A program made the translations under genes and the position numbers. Below the pieces are notes generated by a model that saw nothing but the letters and a program-made list of their open reading frames with translations, made no database searches and was not told the origin of the DNA. From Candidatus Omnitrophota bacterium (GTDB taxonomy: Bacteria > Omnitrophota > Gorgyraeia > Gygaellales > Profunditerraquicolaceae), in assembly GCA_043823435.1 (NCBI GenBank), contig JBDRAV010000002.1, forward strand, positions 1-59,754: DNA of 59,754 nt, written 5' to 3'. This document shows positions 1-8,762 of this stretch, piece by piece (within the stretch, counting starts at the first letter, position 1; each line of letters starts with the position of its first letter).

Positions 1-1
1 C

Positions 2-724
2 GGCTTCAAGACTATTGAACCCGGGGTAAGGAGCAGGTATTCCCGGGGGAATTACCAGGACGAATCCCTGATGCTTACCGGAGACCTGAATATTCTGGAT
101 GTGCGCTGGATAGTGCAGTTCAGGATAAAGGACGCCGTAAAGCTGCTTTTTGCCACGCGTAACCCCAGCGATAATATCCAGGATATCTCTGAAGTGGTGA
201 TGCGGCGCTTCGTCGGGGATTATTCGGTGGATGAGGTATTGACCACCAAAAGAGAAGAAATAGACGATCTTGCCCAGCAGGAGATACAGAGGATACTGGA
301 TAGTTACAACGTGGGCGTTCAGATCGTTACCATCAAATTGCTGGATGTCAATCCCGCAGAGAAGGTAAGGCCGGCATTTAACGAGGTAAATGAAGCCAAG
401 CAGGAGAAAGAGAAGATGATTAACCAGGCCTGGGAGGCATACAATAAAGTCATTCCTAAAGCCCGCGGCACAGCGGAAAAGACTATCCGCGAGGCAGAGG
501 GGTATGCCATTGATAAGGTAAACCGCGCAAAAGGAGAATCGGAGCGTTTCCTGGCGACATTAAAGGAATACGAGAAGGCGCCCCAGATAACCAAGAAGAG
601 GATGTATCTGGAGACGCTGACGGAAGTCCTGCCAAAGGCAAAGGAGAAATATATCATCGACAAAGAGCAGAATTCGATACTGCCTCTTTTGGATATAAAT
701 AAGAGAGGAGGGGTTCGTCAATGA
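2..724 (+). CDS. hflK: FtsH protease modulator HflK (5' end outside window)
   Basis: Frame open from base 2; ESLMLTGDLNILDVRWIVQFRI, V.PAF.EVNEA.QEKE and YEKAPQITKKRMYLET motifs; overlaps hflC. Confidence 0.93.
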   Translation, partial: GFKTIEPGVRSRYSRGNYQDESLMLTGDLNILDVRWIVQFRIKDAVKLLFATRNPSDNIQDISEVVMRRFVGDYSVDEVLTTKREEIDDLAQQEIQRILDSYNVGVQIVTIKLLDVNPAEKVRPAFNEVNEAKQEKEKMINQAWEAYNKVIPKARGTAEKTIREAEGYAIDKVNRAKGESERFLATLKEYEKAPQITKKRMYLETLTEVLPKAKEKYIIDKEQNSILPLLDINKRGGVRQ

Positions 725-1677
725 AAAACGGAGCATTCGGAACTATTCTCGGGATTATCATCGCGATAGCAGCCGTAATAATATTGGCTTTTGCGACCGG
801 AGCAGTATATATCGTGAACGAGATCCAACAGGTTGTGATTACCCAGTTTGGCAAGCCCGTGGGCGAACCTATCACCTCCGCGGGGATGCATTTTAGAACA
901 CCCCTGATCCAGCAGGCGCATTATTTTGAAAAGAGGCTACTGGATTGGGACGGAGACCCGAACCAGATACCTACCAAAGACAAAAAATATATCTGGGTAG
1001 ATACGACTGCGCGCTGGAAGATAGTAGATGCCCTTAAATTCCTGCAGTCGGTAGGTAATGAGATGGGCGCGCACGGCAGGATAGACGATATCATCAATTC
1101 CGCTACCCGCGATGTTGTTACCAGCCATCTGTTGGTTGAGGCGGTGCGCAATTCCAACCGCATCCTGGAAACCAAACTGGAAGGGGAAGATATGATCGTC
1201 ACGGATGAAGCGCTGGAGCGTATCGGAGTCGGGAGGCATCTTTTAGAGGGCGCTATTTTAGAGAAGTCCAAGGTACTTGCGCCCCAGTACGGCATAGAAA
1301 TAAAGGACGTACGCATAAAGAGGATAAATTACGTGGAGGATGTGCGTAATAAAGTCTACGACCGTATGATCGCTGAAAGGAAACGCGCGGCTGAAAAATA
1401 CCGTTCGGAAGGGCATGGTAAATCAGCGGAGATAGAAGGCCAGGTCGCCAAGGAGTTAAAGCAGATAACATCCGAGGCATACCGGCAGGCCCAGGTGCTA
1501 GTGGGCAAGGCGGACGCGGAAGCGGTCAGCATCTACGGCAAGGCCTATAGCCAGAACCCTGAATTTTATTCTTTCCTGAAGACCCTGGAGACCTATAAAG
1601 ATACTGTCGACGGAAATTCTACGGTGATCATGACTACTGATAGCGACTATTATAAGTACCTCAAGTCTTTAGATTAG
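721..1677 (+). CDS. hflC: FtsH protease modulator HflC
   Basis: N-terminal TM helix, QVVITQFGKP, SPFH domain, VYDRMIAERKRAAE, PEFYSFLKTLETY. Confidence 0.93.
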   Translation: MKNGAFGTILGIIIAIAAVIILAFATGAVYIVNEIQQVVITQFGKPVGEPITSAGMHFRTPLIQQAHYFEKRLLDWDGDPNQIPTKDKKYIWVDTTARWKIVDALKFLQSVGNEMGAHGRIDDIINSATRDVVTSHLLVEAVRNSNRILETKLEGEDMIVTDEALERIGVGRHLLEGAILEKSKVLAPQYGIEIKDVRIKRINYVEDVRNKVYDRMIAERKRAAEKYRSEGHGKSAEIEGQVAKELKQITSEAYRQAQVLVGKADAEAVSIYGKAYSQNPEFYSFLKTLETYKDTVDGNSTVIMTTDSDYYKYLKSLD

Positions 1678-1915
1678 AGGATACGAAAAATATGAACCAC
1701 TGACACTGGTAATTCAGGGTATCCTGATAATCACTACATGCATTATCAGGATAAAATTTGCCATCCAGGATATCATCCATCCGGATGATATCGAACATTA
1801 TGGGATCCCCGTATTAGCTACTCTTATCTGTGGTTTTATCGGGGTATTTATTACAGGCTACTTGAAAAAAGCGCTCCCGGTTTCTGATCCCGTAGTATAT
1901 TTCAGGCCGCGCTGA
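1673..1915 (+). pseudogene. Start-less open frame with two hydrophobic segments; possible remnant of a membrane transporter (cation-efflux-like)
   Basis: 80 open codons (YEPLTLVIQGILIITTCIIRIKFAIQDIIHPDDIEHYGIPVLATLICGFIGVFITGYLKK) with no upstream ATG/GTG/TTG; family call from memory only. Confidence 0.3.
1720..1792. repeat. Two perfect inverted repeats
   Basis: TATCCTGATAAT-10nt-ATTATCAGGATA (1720-1753) and GATATCATCC-ATCC-GGATGATATC (1769-1792). Confidence 0.75.
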
Positions 1916-1974
1916 CTTACTAAGGTTTTTTAAAACGGATTTATGTGGTATAATAAGATTTGAGGTGATGCGAT

Positions 1975-2961
1975 ATGGAGACCTTTGATTTCGGTATAGG
2001 CTGGCCGGTATCGGGCGAGGAAAACGAGCTTTTCGCAAGTACCCTCATGTCAGAATGCGAGGCGCGCAGGTTAAAGTTTATTTTTATAGACGATACTTTA
2101 ATAGACCATTTGACCAGTAAGATAAAGAAGGGTGAGTTCAAATTAAAGTTCTACCTGGATATGGCTTCCGAGACCTTTGACCCCAAGGATGACTTTACGA
2201 AATTTGCCTATTCCCTGAAAGATTCGGGGACGAGGGTGGTGGCTGACCCTGACGACGTGAAGGCGGCGGCGGATAAATCCATAACCCACTTTGACCTGGC
2301 GAACGCAAAGATATCCGTACCTTTTACCGTGCTGATAAGGAACTGGGAGCCGACCAGGCGCCTTACAGATGAGGAGAAGGCCAACCTCGGGTTCCCCTTT
2401 GTGATAAAGCCGGCATTGGGGTACGGCCAGAAGGGCGTTAAGATAATCAGACATAAAGCCACCCTTAAAGAGATAGCAGAGGCCCGGCAGGTGAATAAAG
2501 GTGATAATTTTCTGCTCCAGGAGTTCGTTGAGCCGGAGGAGATAGGCGGGGAACCGGCGTGGTTTCGGATCTTTCACCTGTTCGGAGAGATATTCCCCTG
2601 CTGGTGGAATCCGCAGACCCGCGTTTACCGGCATGTAACACTAAGGGAGACGGATGAACATAAGCTCTTGCCTATTATTCGTATTACCACTGAGATCGCC
2701 CGCATAACGCGCATAGACTGGTTCTCCTGCGAGATCGCCCTCAGCAAGAAAGAAGGAAAGTTTATCACCATAGATTACATGAATGACCAGTGCGCGATCA
2801 ACCCCCAATCTAAATATAAAGACGGGGTTCCGGATGACCTCATACTCCAGATAGCCGAGAGGATGGTGGAGAAGGCCTTTCAGTATACAAGGGAACGGTT
2901 CACGCTGGGCCACAGGGCTGTCTGGTTCCCGAAGATCAAGGTAAGAGATGAGAATGTATAA
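1975..2961 (+). CDS. ATP-grasp fold protein (RimK/GshB-like), substrate unknown
   Basis: FPFVIKPALGYGQKGV, FLLQEFVE, FSCEIA and IDYMNDQ ATP-grasp-type motifs. Confidence 0.7.
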   Translation: METFDFGIGWPVSGEENELFASTLMSECEARRLKFIFIDDTLIDHLTSKIKKGEFKLKFYLDMASETFDPKDDFTKFAYSLKDSGTRVVADPDDVKAAADKSITHFDLANAKISVPFTVLIRNWEPTRRLTDEEKANLGFPFVIKPALGYGQKGVKIIRHKATLKEIAEARQVNKGDNFLLQEFVEPEEIGGEPAWFRIFHLFGEIFPCWWNPQTRVYRHVTLRETDEHKLLPIIRITTEIARITRIDWFSCEIALSKKEGKFITIDYMNDQCAINPQSKYKDGVPDDLILQIAERMVEKAFQYTRERFTLGHRAVWFPKIKVRDENV

Positions 2962-3895
2962 ATTTAACCCTAAAAGGCCGCGGCGCCTGCACAAAGGCAA
3001 TACCATCGGCATAGTCGCTCCTGCCTGGTCCTTTGACTCCGAGAAGTTCAGGATAGGAGTGAATCGGCTTAAAGAGATGGGCTTTCGGGTAAAATATGAA
3101 AATACGGTATTCAGCAAATACTGGTCTATGGCCGGATATGACAAGGAGCGGGCGGCGCAGATCAACCGCATGTTCGCTGATAAGGAGGTAAAGGCGATAT
3201 TCTGCGCCAAGGCAGGTTACGGCTCCATAAGGACCATACCTTATCTTGATAAGAAGATAATCAGGAATAATCCCAAGATATTTATCGGTTACAGCGATAT
3301 CACTATCCTTCTTTACTATTTATACAAGACAGCGCGCATGGTCGTATTCCACGGCCCGGTAGTTTCAGGGGAGATGCGGCCGGATATGAATTCTATCAGC
3401 CTGGATTATCTGCTACGCGCAATCACCCGGCCCGAGCCTATGGGCGAGATACAATACGCTTCCCTTAAGAGACTTCGGCCCGGAAGGGCAAGCGGGGTTT
3501 TAATCGGGGGCAACCTCTCAATGGTGATGAGCGCAATAGGTACCCCTTACGATATCAATACCGACAACAAGATTTTATTTCTTGAGGATATCGGAGAGGA
3601 TTTAGAGGTCATAGATAACTACATCGTACATCTTAAGCTTGCCGGGAAGTTCAAAAGAGTAAAAGGGATAGTTTTTGGAAGGATGGTTGATTGTGTTGAC
3701 GATTCGGGGAATAAATATACCATCGAGAATATAATGAGCGATACCCTCAAAGACATAGATGTGCCGATTATATACGGTTTTCCTTCCGGCCACAGGAAGC
3801 CGGGAGATATTAATATTACTTTGCCTTTAGGGGTTTCCGTTACGCTTGATGCCGATAAACCGGCATTATTCATAAACGGCGCAGCTGTCAGATAA
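2948..3895 (+). CDS. LD-carboxypeptidase, peptidase family S66 (LdcA/MccF-like)
   Basis: GYSDIT (Ser), LFLEDIGE (Glu), GFPSGH (His) triad; GGNLS motif. Confidence 0.9.
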   Translation: MRMYKFNPKRPRRLHKGNTIGIVAPAWSFDSEKFRIGVNRLKEMGFRVKYENTVFSKYWSMAGYDKERAAQINRMFADKEVKAIFCAKAGYGSIRTIPYLDKKIIRNNPKIFIGYSDITILLYYLYKTARMVVFHGPVVSGEMRPDMNSISLDYLLRAITRPEPMGEIQYASLKRLRPGRASGVLIGGNLSMVMSAIGTPYDINTDNKILFLEDIGEDLEVIDNYIVHLKLAGKFKRVKGIVFGRMVDCVDDSGNKYTIENIMSDTLKDIDVPIIYGFPSGHRKPGDINITLPLGVSVTLDADKPALFINGAAVR

Positions 3896-4069
3896 CAAAG
3901 GATATAAAAACCCTATGAATTTCCACTCCCGGTGCGCATCTGACAGGAATTGAACAGGAGATAATCCTTGTCATAGTATGCCGGCGGATGTATAATTAAT
4001 AAATAAACTAAGACCCCGAAGCAATTCCTCGGTCATAACTCTTCAAGGCTACAGTTTCAGGAGATATCT

Positions 4070-4540
4070 ATGCGGGTAAAAGAGGTAATGTCAAAAGAGG
4101 TCATCTCTGTAAAGCGTTCCATGAAATTACGGGAACTCCTGGAACTCTTTAGAAAATTCCATATATTCCCTTTGGTGCCGGTGGTGGAAGAGAATGGCCG
4201 CCTCATAGGAATCGTATCATTCCGTAATTTAATAGACGCGTTCCAGACATACCGGCCGGACGTGCTTAAGCTGGTGCCATTCCTGGATGAAGAGGAGGAG
4301 AACATCTTCAAGATAGATATCTCTGAGGATATGGGAGAGCTAGTTGTGGTGGAAGACATCCTGGAGCATGAATATATATCCATACTGGATGAATCATCAT
4401 TAGAAGAGGCATATAACCTGATGAAGCTGCATCTGAAAGAAGAGTTTCCCGTAGTTGACAGGGCAGGCAGGTTAAGGGGCAGGATAGGTATATTCGATAT
4501 CCTGCAGGCGGTCTTCCGCGAAAAGGGTATCATTAAATGA
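4070..4540 (+). CDS. CBS-domain pair protein
   Basis: MRVKEVMSKEVISV, LVPVVEENGRLIGIVS and FPVVDRAGRLRGRIG CBS signatures. Confidence 0.85.
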   Translation: MRVKEVMSKEVISVKRSMKLRELLELFRKFHIFPLVPVVEENGRLIGIVSFRNLIDAFQTYRPDVLKLVPFLDEEEENIFKIDISEDMGELVVVEDILEHEYISILDESSLEEAYNLMKLHLKEEFPVVDRAGRLRGRIGIFDILQAVFREKGIIK

Positions 4541-5721
4541 ATACTATTCTAGGGCTCGGGTTTATCTTATTTGCCGGTTTATTGTCCGCGAAGGCAATAA
4601 AAAAGATCAAATTCCCTGCGGTAACCGCTTATCTTATCCTGGGCATAGTCATTGGCCCGTCATTATTCGGGCTTGTGCCGGAAGGGATACTGGGGTCTTC
4701 AGGGTTAATCTCAAATATAGTATTGGGTATCATTGCCTTTGGGATAGGGCAGAATTTTTCGCGCTATAACCTGCGCCGCATAGGCAGAGTGGTCTTGTGG
4801 ATATCGATCCTGGAGGCATCATGCGCGTGGATACTGGTAACCTGCATATTTTATTTTCTTCTGCGCCAGCCTTTCTATCTATCTTTGATCTTTGGCTCTA
4901 TCGCATCAGCCACCGCTCCCGCGGCAACAGTAATGGTCATAAGGGAATACCGAGCGAAAGGGAATTTTACCGATACGCTTTTAGGCGTGGTGGCAATAGA
5001 TGATGCCTGGTGCCTGATCATCTTCGCCATATCGCTTGCGATATCACAGGCAATATGCGTGCACATGGTCGCGACTTCTTTTCTGGTAAAAGTATTCCTG
5101 CAATCCCTGATGAGCATCTTCGGGGCCTTTATTCTGGGCGCTTTTTCGGCATCGGTGTTGTCCATATCTTACAGATTTATGCGCACGCCTACGGAACTCT
5201 TGATTCTTACCCTGGGACTGGTATTCTTGAATATCGGCATTGCTATCTGGCTGCATCTTTCGGTCCTTTTATCCAGCATGTTTTTAGGGACGGTGCTGGT
5301 TAATATAAACCGTTATTCCTTTAAATTCTTTGATAGCCTGAAGATGATAGATTCTCCGTTATTCCTACTCTTCTTTGTTCTGGCAGGGGCGAATTTAGAA
5401 ATGGCTATTTTAGGCAGTATCAGCATGCTCGGTTTATCTTATCTTGTCTTCAGGGTGGCGGGGAAGATAATCGGAACGGGCTTAGGGGCAAGGATTGCCC
5501 ATGCTTCATCAAGCGTTAAAAGATACCTCGGCCTTGGCCTGACGCCTCAGGCAGGCGTAGCATTAGGGTGCGCACTCATAGCCAAGAACGATTTTCCTCA
5601 AGCCGGGAATATGATATTTACGACCATAGTAGCTACTACCGTACTTTACGAATTAGTCGGCCCTTTGTTAACTAAATACGCTTTAATAAAAGCCGAAGAT
5701 ATATCAGTTGATTCCCGTTGA
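4537..5721 (+). CDS. Cation:proton antiporter (CPA2/Kef-type membrane domain)
   Basis: About 12 TM helices; ASATAPAAT, VVAIDDA, FFVLAGA, LTPQAGVALG. Confidence 0.9.
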   Translation: MNTILGLGFILFAGLLSAKAIKKIKFPAVTAYLILGIVIGPSLFGLVPEGILGSSGLISNIVLGIIAFGIGQNFSRYNLRRIGRVVLWISILEASCAWILVTCIFYFLLRQPFYLSLIFGSIASATAPAATVMVIREYRAKGNFTDTLLGVVAIDDAWCLIIFAISLAISQAICVHMVATSFLVKVFLQSLMSIFGAFILGAFSASVLSISYRFMRTPTELLILTLGLVFLNIGIAIWLHLSVLLSSMFLGTVLVNINRYSFKFFDSLKMIDSPLFLLFFVLAGANLEMAILGSISMLGLSYLVFRVAGKIIGTGLGARIAHASSSVKRYLGLGLTPQAGVALGCALIAKNDFPQAGNMIFTTIVATTVLYELVGPLLTKYALIKAEDISVDSR

Positions 5722-6826
5722 TCAGATAGAAAGAAAATATGAAGGCATTGAAAGAATTGGTTCCGAAGGCATCAAGTCGATAAAGACAAGGGGAATCCTG
5801 CCGCAGGAATTAATGGAAAAAATAAGGTATGAAATAGACCCGCACAACCGTCTCATCAGCAGGAAAGCAGGTAATGGCGCCGTCCCATATTTATTCAGGC
5901 AGGTTTTGGACGGAGAGTTCAAGACCGATAAGAAAAACAATTTAGCCTACCATATCAAGGCCCCGGTTACCGGCGGCAAAAAAGTCTCCCCCTATCAGGT
6001 AAAATTAAAAGGCAAGTGGAAGCTGGGTAAGGGGCACGATCTAATCTTTACGTTAGATAAATGGAAGAGGCAGGCCTCCGGTGACAGCCTGACTATCCGT
6101 GGGGATATAATAGAAGTCTGCAAGAACGCCCTGCTGTTCGCGGTGACTACGCGTAGTGGCGGGGGAAACCCGTCAGCGTATATCTTAAAGCTTGAGGGGG
6201 CCTGGCAGGCGGATGAATATAACCGTCTTACATTCACGGTGAATAAAGAAAGAGGCGCTCCCGATATCCTCACCTTTCAGGGGGGATGGGAGATAGGTAA
6301 GGGGTACCGGATTATATACAGGTATGAGAAAGAAGACCTTTTGCGTAAAACAAAGAGGACCCATACCCTGGTTTTTAAAGGGGACTGGGAGATAAAGGAT
6401 AAAACCAGGATTTCATACGTAATAGACAGGAGTAGCGGTTCGGTAATGAATTTCAAAACCAGCGCCGGGATATTTAAAGATAATTATATCAAATACGAGC
6501 TGGGGATAGGGAGGTTACGCAAGGCCAGGCCCCTAAGGCGCGCGATTGTACTCTTCGGAAGCTGGAAGATAAAGAGAGGGGCGGGGCTGATCTTTGAGGC
6601 AGAGTGCGGCAGGAGAAAATTGCAGGATATAACCTTTGGCGCAGAGGCCCGGATTACGGATAAGGATACGGTATTATTCCGCCTGAAAAATGGCTTGAAC
6701 AGGAATATCGGCGCGGAATTAGAATTAAAGCGCAGGTTTTTGGGCAGCGAAGGAGAGGCGTATCTACGCCTGCTTCATTCCGGCAGAAAGCCGGAAATTA
6801 CGGCAGGCGCAGGGTGGAGGTGGTAG
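5708..6826 (+). CDS. Hypothetical beta-strand-rich repeat protein
   Basis: 372-aa ORF with repeated [LF]xGxWx[ILA] units; ends AGAGWRW; TTG start uncertain. Confidence 0.7.
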   Translation: MIPVDQIERKYEGIERIGSEGIKSIKTRGILPQELMEKIRYEIDPHNRLISRKAGNGAVPYLFRQVLDGEFKTDKKNNLAYHIKAPVTGGKKVSPYQVKLKGKWKLGKGHDLIFTLDKWKRQASGDSLTIRGDIIEVCKNALLFAVTTRSGGGNPSAYILKLEGAWQADEYNRLTFTVNKERGAPDILTFQGGWEIGKGYRIIYRYEKEDLLRKTKRTHTLVFKGDWEIKDKTRISYVIDRSSGSVMNFKTSAGIFKDNYIKYELGIGRLRKARPLRRAIVLFGSWKIKRGAGLIFEAECGRRKLQDITFGAEARITDKDTVLFRLKNGLNRNIGAELELKRRFLGSEGEAYLRLLHSGRKPEITAGAGWRW

Positions 6827-6832
6827 AATATT

Positions 6833-6967
6833 ATGGCTCAATGGCATCCGGAAGCCGAATGCCCTAAATGCGGCAGCAGGGATACCCGTTTCGTGGAACC
6901 TCATTATGAAATGTCGGTCTATGAGTGCAATATATGCGGATGTCGCTTTGAGACCGAAGAAGATTGA
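6833..6967 (+). CDS. Small zinc-ribbon protein (44 aa), not in ORF track
   Basis: MAQWHPEAECPKCGSRDTRFVEPHYEMSVYECNICGCRFETEED: two CxxC pairs; GGAGG upstream. Confidence 0.7.
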   Translation: MAQWHPEAECPKCGSRDTRFVEPHYEMSVYECNICGCRFETEED

Positions 6968-6968
6968 T

Positions 6969-7160
6969 TGTGTCCATACGCCCGGGCAGGATAAGGTAGC
7001 GCGGATATCCAAAAAGAAACTTGGGGAACCCGGAAAATATAAAGAATCGATTGTCAACGGGATATTGCCGGTAAAGCAATTTTACAAGGCACAGGAGTAT
7101 CGCCAGCGTTATTATGAGAAACGCGGATTAAAGCCGAAATGCACCATTCCTTTAAAATAA
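6969..7160 (+). pseudogene. msrA: C-terminal remnant of methionine sulfoxide reductase MsrA
   Basis: HTPGQDKVARISKKKL..GKYKESIVNGILPVKQFYKAQEYRQRYYEKRG resembles the MsrA C-terminus (FY.AEEYHQ.Y); GCFW catalytic region absent. Confidence 0.65.
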
Positions 7161-7186
7161 GCTATTGCGGCTAAAAGGAGGGAAGG

Positions 7187-7312
7187 ATGAAAGTAGAAAA
7201 GACAGGCGAAAAGTATAAATGCAGCGTCTGCGGTAATGAAGTTGTGGTAATACGGGTAGGCGGAGGGGAACTGGTGTGTTGCCAGAAGCCCATGGAGAAA
7301 ATAGAAGGATAA
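7187..7312 (+). CDS. Desulforedoxin-type Fe(Cys)4 protein (41 aa), not in ORF track
   Basis: [41 protein letters not shown]: YxCxxCGN...[10 protein letters not shown]; AGGAGG RBS. Confidence 0.88.
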   Translation: MKVEKTGEKYKCSVCGNEVVVIRVGGGELVCCQKPMEKIEG

Positions 7313-7332
7313 TCAAGAGGAGGGCTGTTTTT

Positions 7333-7911
7333 ATGAGTAAGCCAGTCAAAGGGACAAAGACCGAGAAGAACCTGCTTGCTGCTTTTGCCGGGGAATCTCA
7401 GGCAAGAAACAGGTATACGTATTTTGCAAGCGCAGCCAGGAAAGAAGGCTATGAGCAGATCGCCAATATTTTTACCGAAACAGCGGAAAACGAAAAGGAG
7501 CACGCCAAGGTGTTTTTTAAGTACCTGGAAGGCGGGGACGTAGAGATAACTGCAAGTTATCCGGCAGGTATTATCAAAGAGACTAAGAGCAATCTCAAAG
7601 AAGCTGCTGCAGGAGAGAATATGGAGTGGACGATACTTTATTCTGATTTCGGCAGGGTCGCCAAAGAGGAAGGGTTTCCCGAGATAGCGCGTTCCTTTGA
7701 GCAGATTGCCAAGGTTGAAAACTTCCACGAGTCAAGATACAGGAAATTAATCAATAATATAGCTAACGGCGAGGTGTTCAAGAAAAAGGCCGCTGTAAAG
7801 TGGCACTGTATTAACTGCGGTTATATTTTTGAAGGAGAGGGTGCGCCCAAGGATTGCCCTGCCTGTAAGCACCCGCAGTCATTCTATGAGATCCTGGCGG
7901 AAAATTATTGA
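7333..7911 (+). CDS. rbr: Rubrerythrin
   Basis: TEKNLLAAFAGESQARNRY, ENEKEHAK, EExHESRY, C-terminal rubredoxin CINCG/CPACKH; start moved to ATG 7333 after AGAGGAGG. Confidence 0.95.
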   Translation: MSKPVKGTKTEKNLLAAFAGESQARNRYTYFASAARKEGYEQIANIFTETAENEKEHAKVFFKYLEGGDVEITASYPAGIIKETKSNLKEAAAGENMEWTILYSDFGRVAKEEGFPEIARSFEQIAKVENFHESRYRKLINNIANGEVFKKKAAVKWHCINCGYIFEGEGAPKDCPACKHPQSFYEILAENY

Positions 7912-8759
7912 AAGAGACAGGAGAGGTAACGGATAATCCCGTTTATGGTTGATTTCGGGGTGGATGCTCCGGCTGTAACGCCTATCTTTTTCAGTCCCTT
8001 GAACCATTCAGGCCCGATATCTTTTTTATTATTAACCCAGTGGCTTCTTTTATTCACTGATTTCGATATTTCGTATAATCTCCTGGTATTTGCGCTCGAC
8101 TTTGAGCCGATGATGACCATCGCGTCATTTTTACGGGACATAGTTTTAATTTCTTCCTGTTTCAGGCGCGTAGGTCTGCAGACAGTATTAAAGAATGCAA
8201 GGTCGCGGATATGTTTTCTTAATACCCCTACGATCTTTAATACCTTGTCGATGTCCTGGGTTGATTGCACTACTACACACCCCTTTTTTATTTTCTTGAT
8301 ATCCGTTAAAGGTATATTGCCGATATCATCTATGACTATCGTCTTTTCCTTTAACTGACCGATGATGCCTTTGACCTCGTCATGTTTTTTATCGCCGATA
8401 ATTATTATTTTCCTGCCGTTTTTCTCCATATCGACGGCTATTTTATGTATCTCTTTTACCATCGGGCAGGTAGCGTCGATTATTTCATAGCCGAACCTTT
8501 CCGCTCTTTTAACCGCATCATGGCTTGCTCCGTGCGCGCGCAGGATAAGTAATTTTCCCCTGCCTCCCGCGAGTTTCTTTATCTTTTTGATTCCTAGCCG
8601 GTGGATCTTATTGACTACGTCTTCATTGTGGACTATATCCCCGAGCATATATACATTTTTCTTTCTGTTAGCAGTATGAACGGCAATATTTATCGCCCGT
8701 TTTACGCCAAAGCAAAACCCCGCGGATTTAGCCAGGTTTATTTTTATTGGTATCCTCAT
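7905..8759 (-). CDS. ispH: 4-hydroxy-3-methylbut-2-enyl diphosphate reductase
   Basis: AGFCFGVKRA, IVHN, RAHG, DATCPMV, NTVC, GSKSSANT, TAGASTP. Confidence 0.95.
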   Translation of the reverse strand: MRIPIKINLAKSAGFCFGVKRAINIAVHTANRKKNVYMLGDIVHNEDVVNKIHRLGIKKIKKLAGGRGKLLILRAHGASHDAVKRAERFGYEIIDATCPMVKEIHKIAVDMEKNGRKIIIIGDKKHDEVKGIIGQLKEKTIVIDDIGNIPLTDIKKIKKGCVVVQSTQDIDKVLKIVGVLRKHIRDLAFFNTVCRPTRLKQEEIKTMSRKNDAMVIIGSKSSANTRRLYEISKSVNKRSHWVNNKKDIGPEWFKGLKKIGVTAGASTPKSTINGIIRYLSCLFQ

Positions 8760-8762
8760 GGC

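Noticed and set aside
3896-4069. c-di-AMP or other riboswitch upstream of the CBS/antiporter genes
   Set aside because: No recognisable ydaO, fluoride or other aptamer consensus; only weak hairpins
7276-7332. Longer rubrerythrin start
   Set aside because: It overlaps the desulforedoxin gene; the RBS supports 7333
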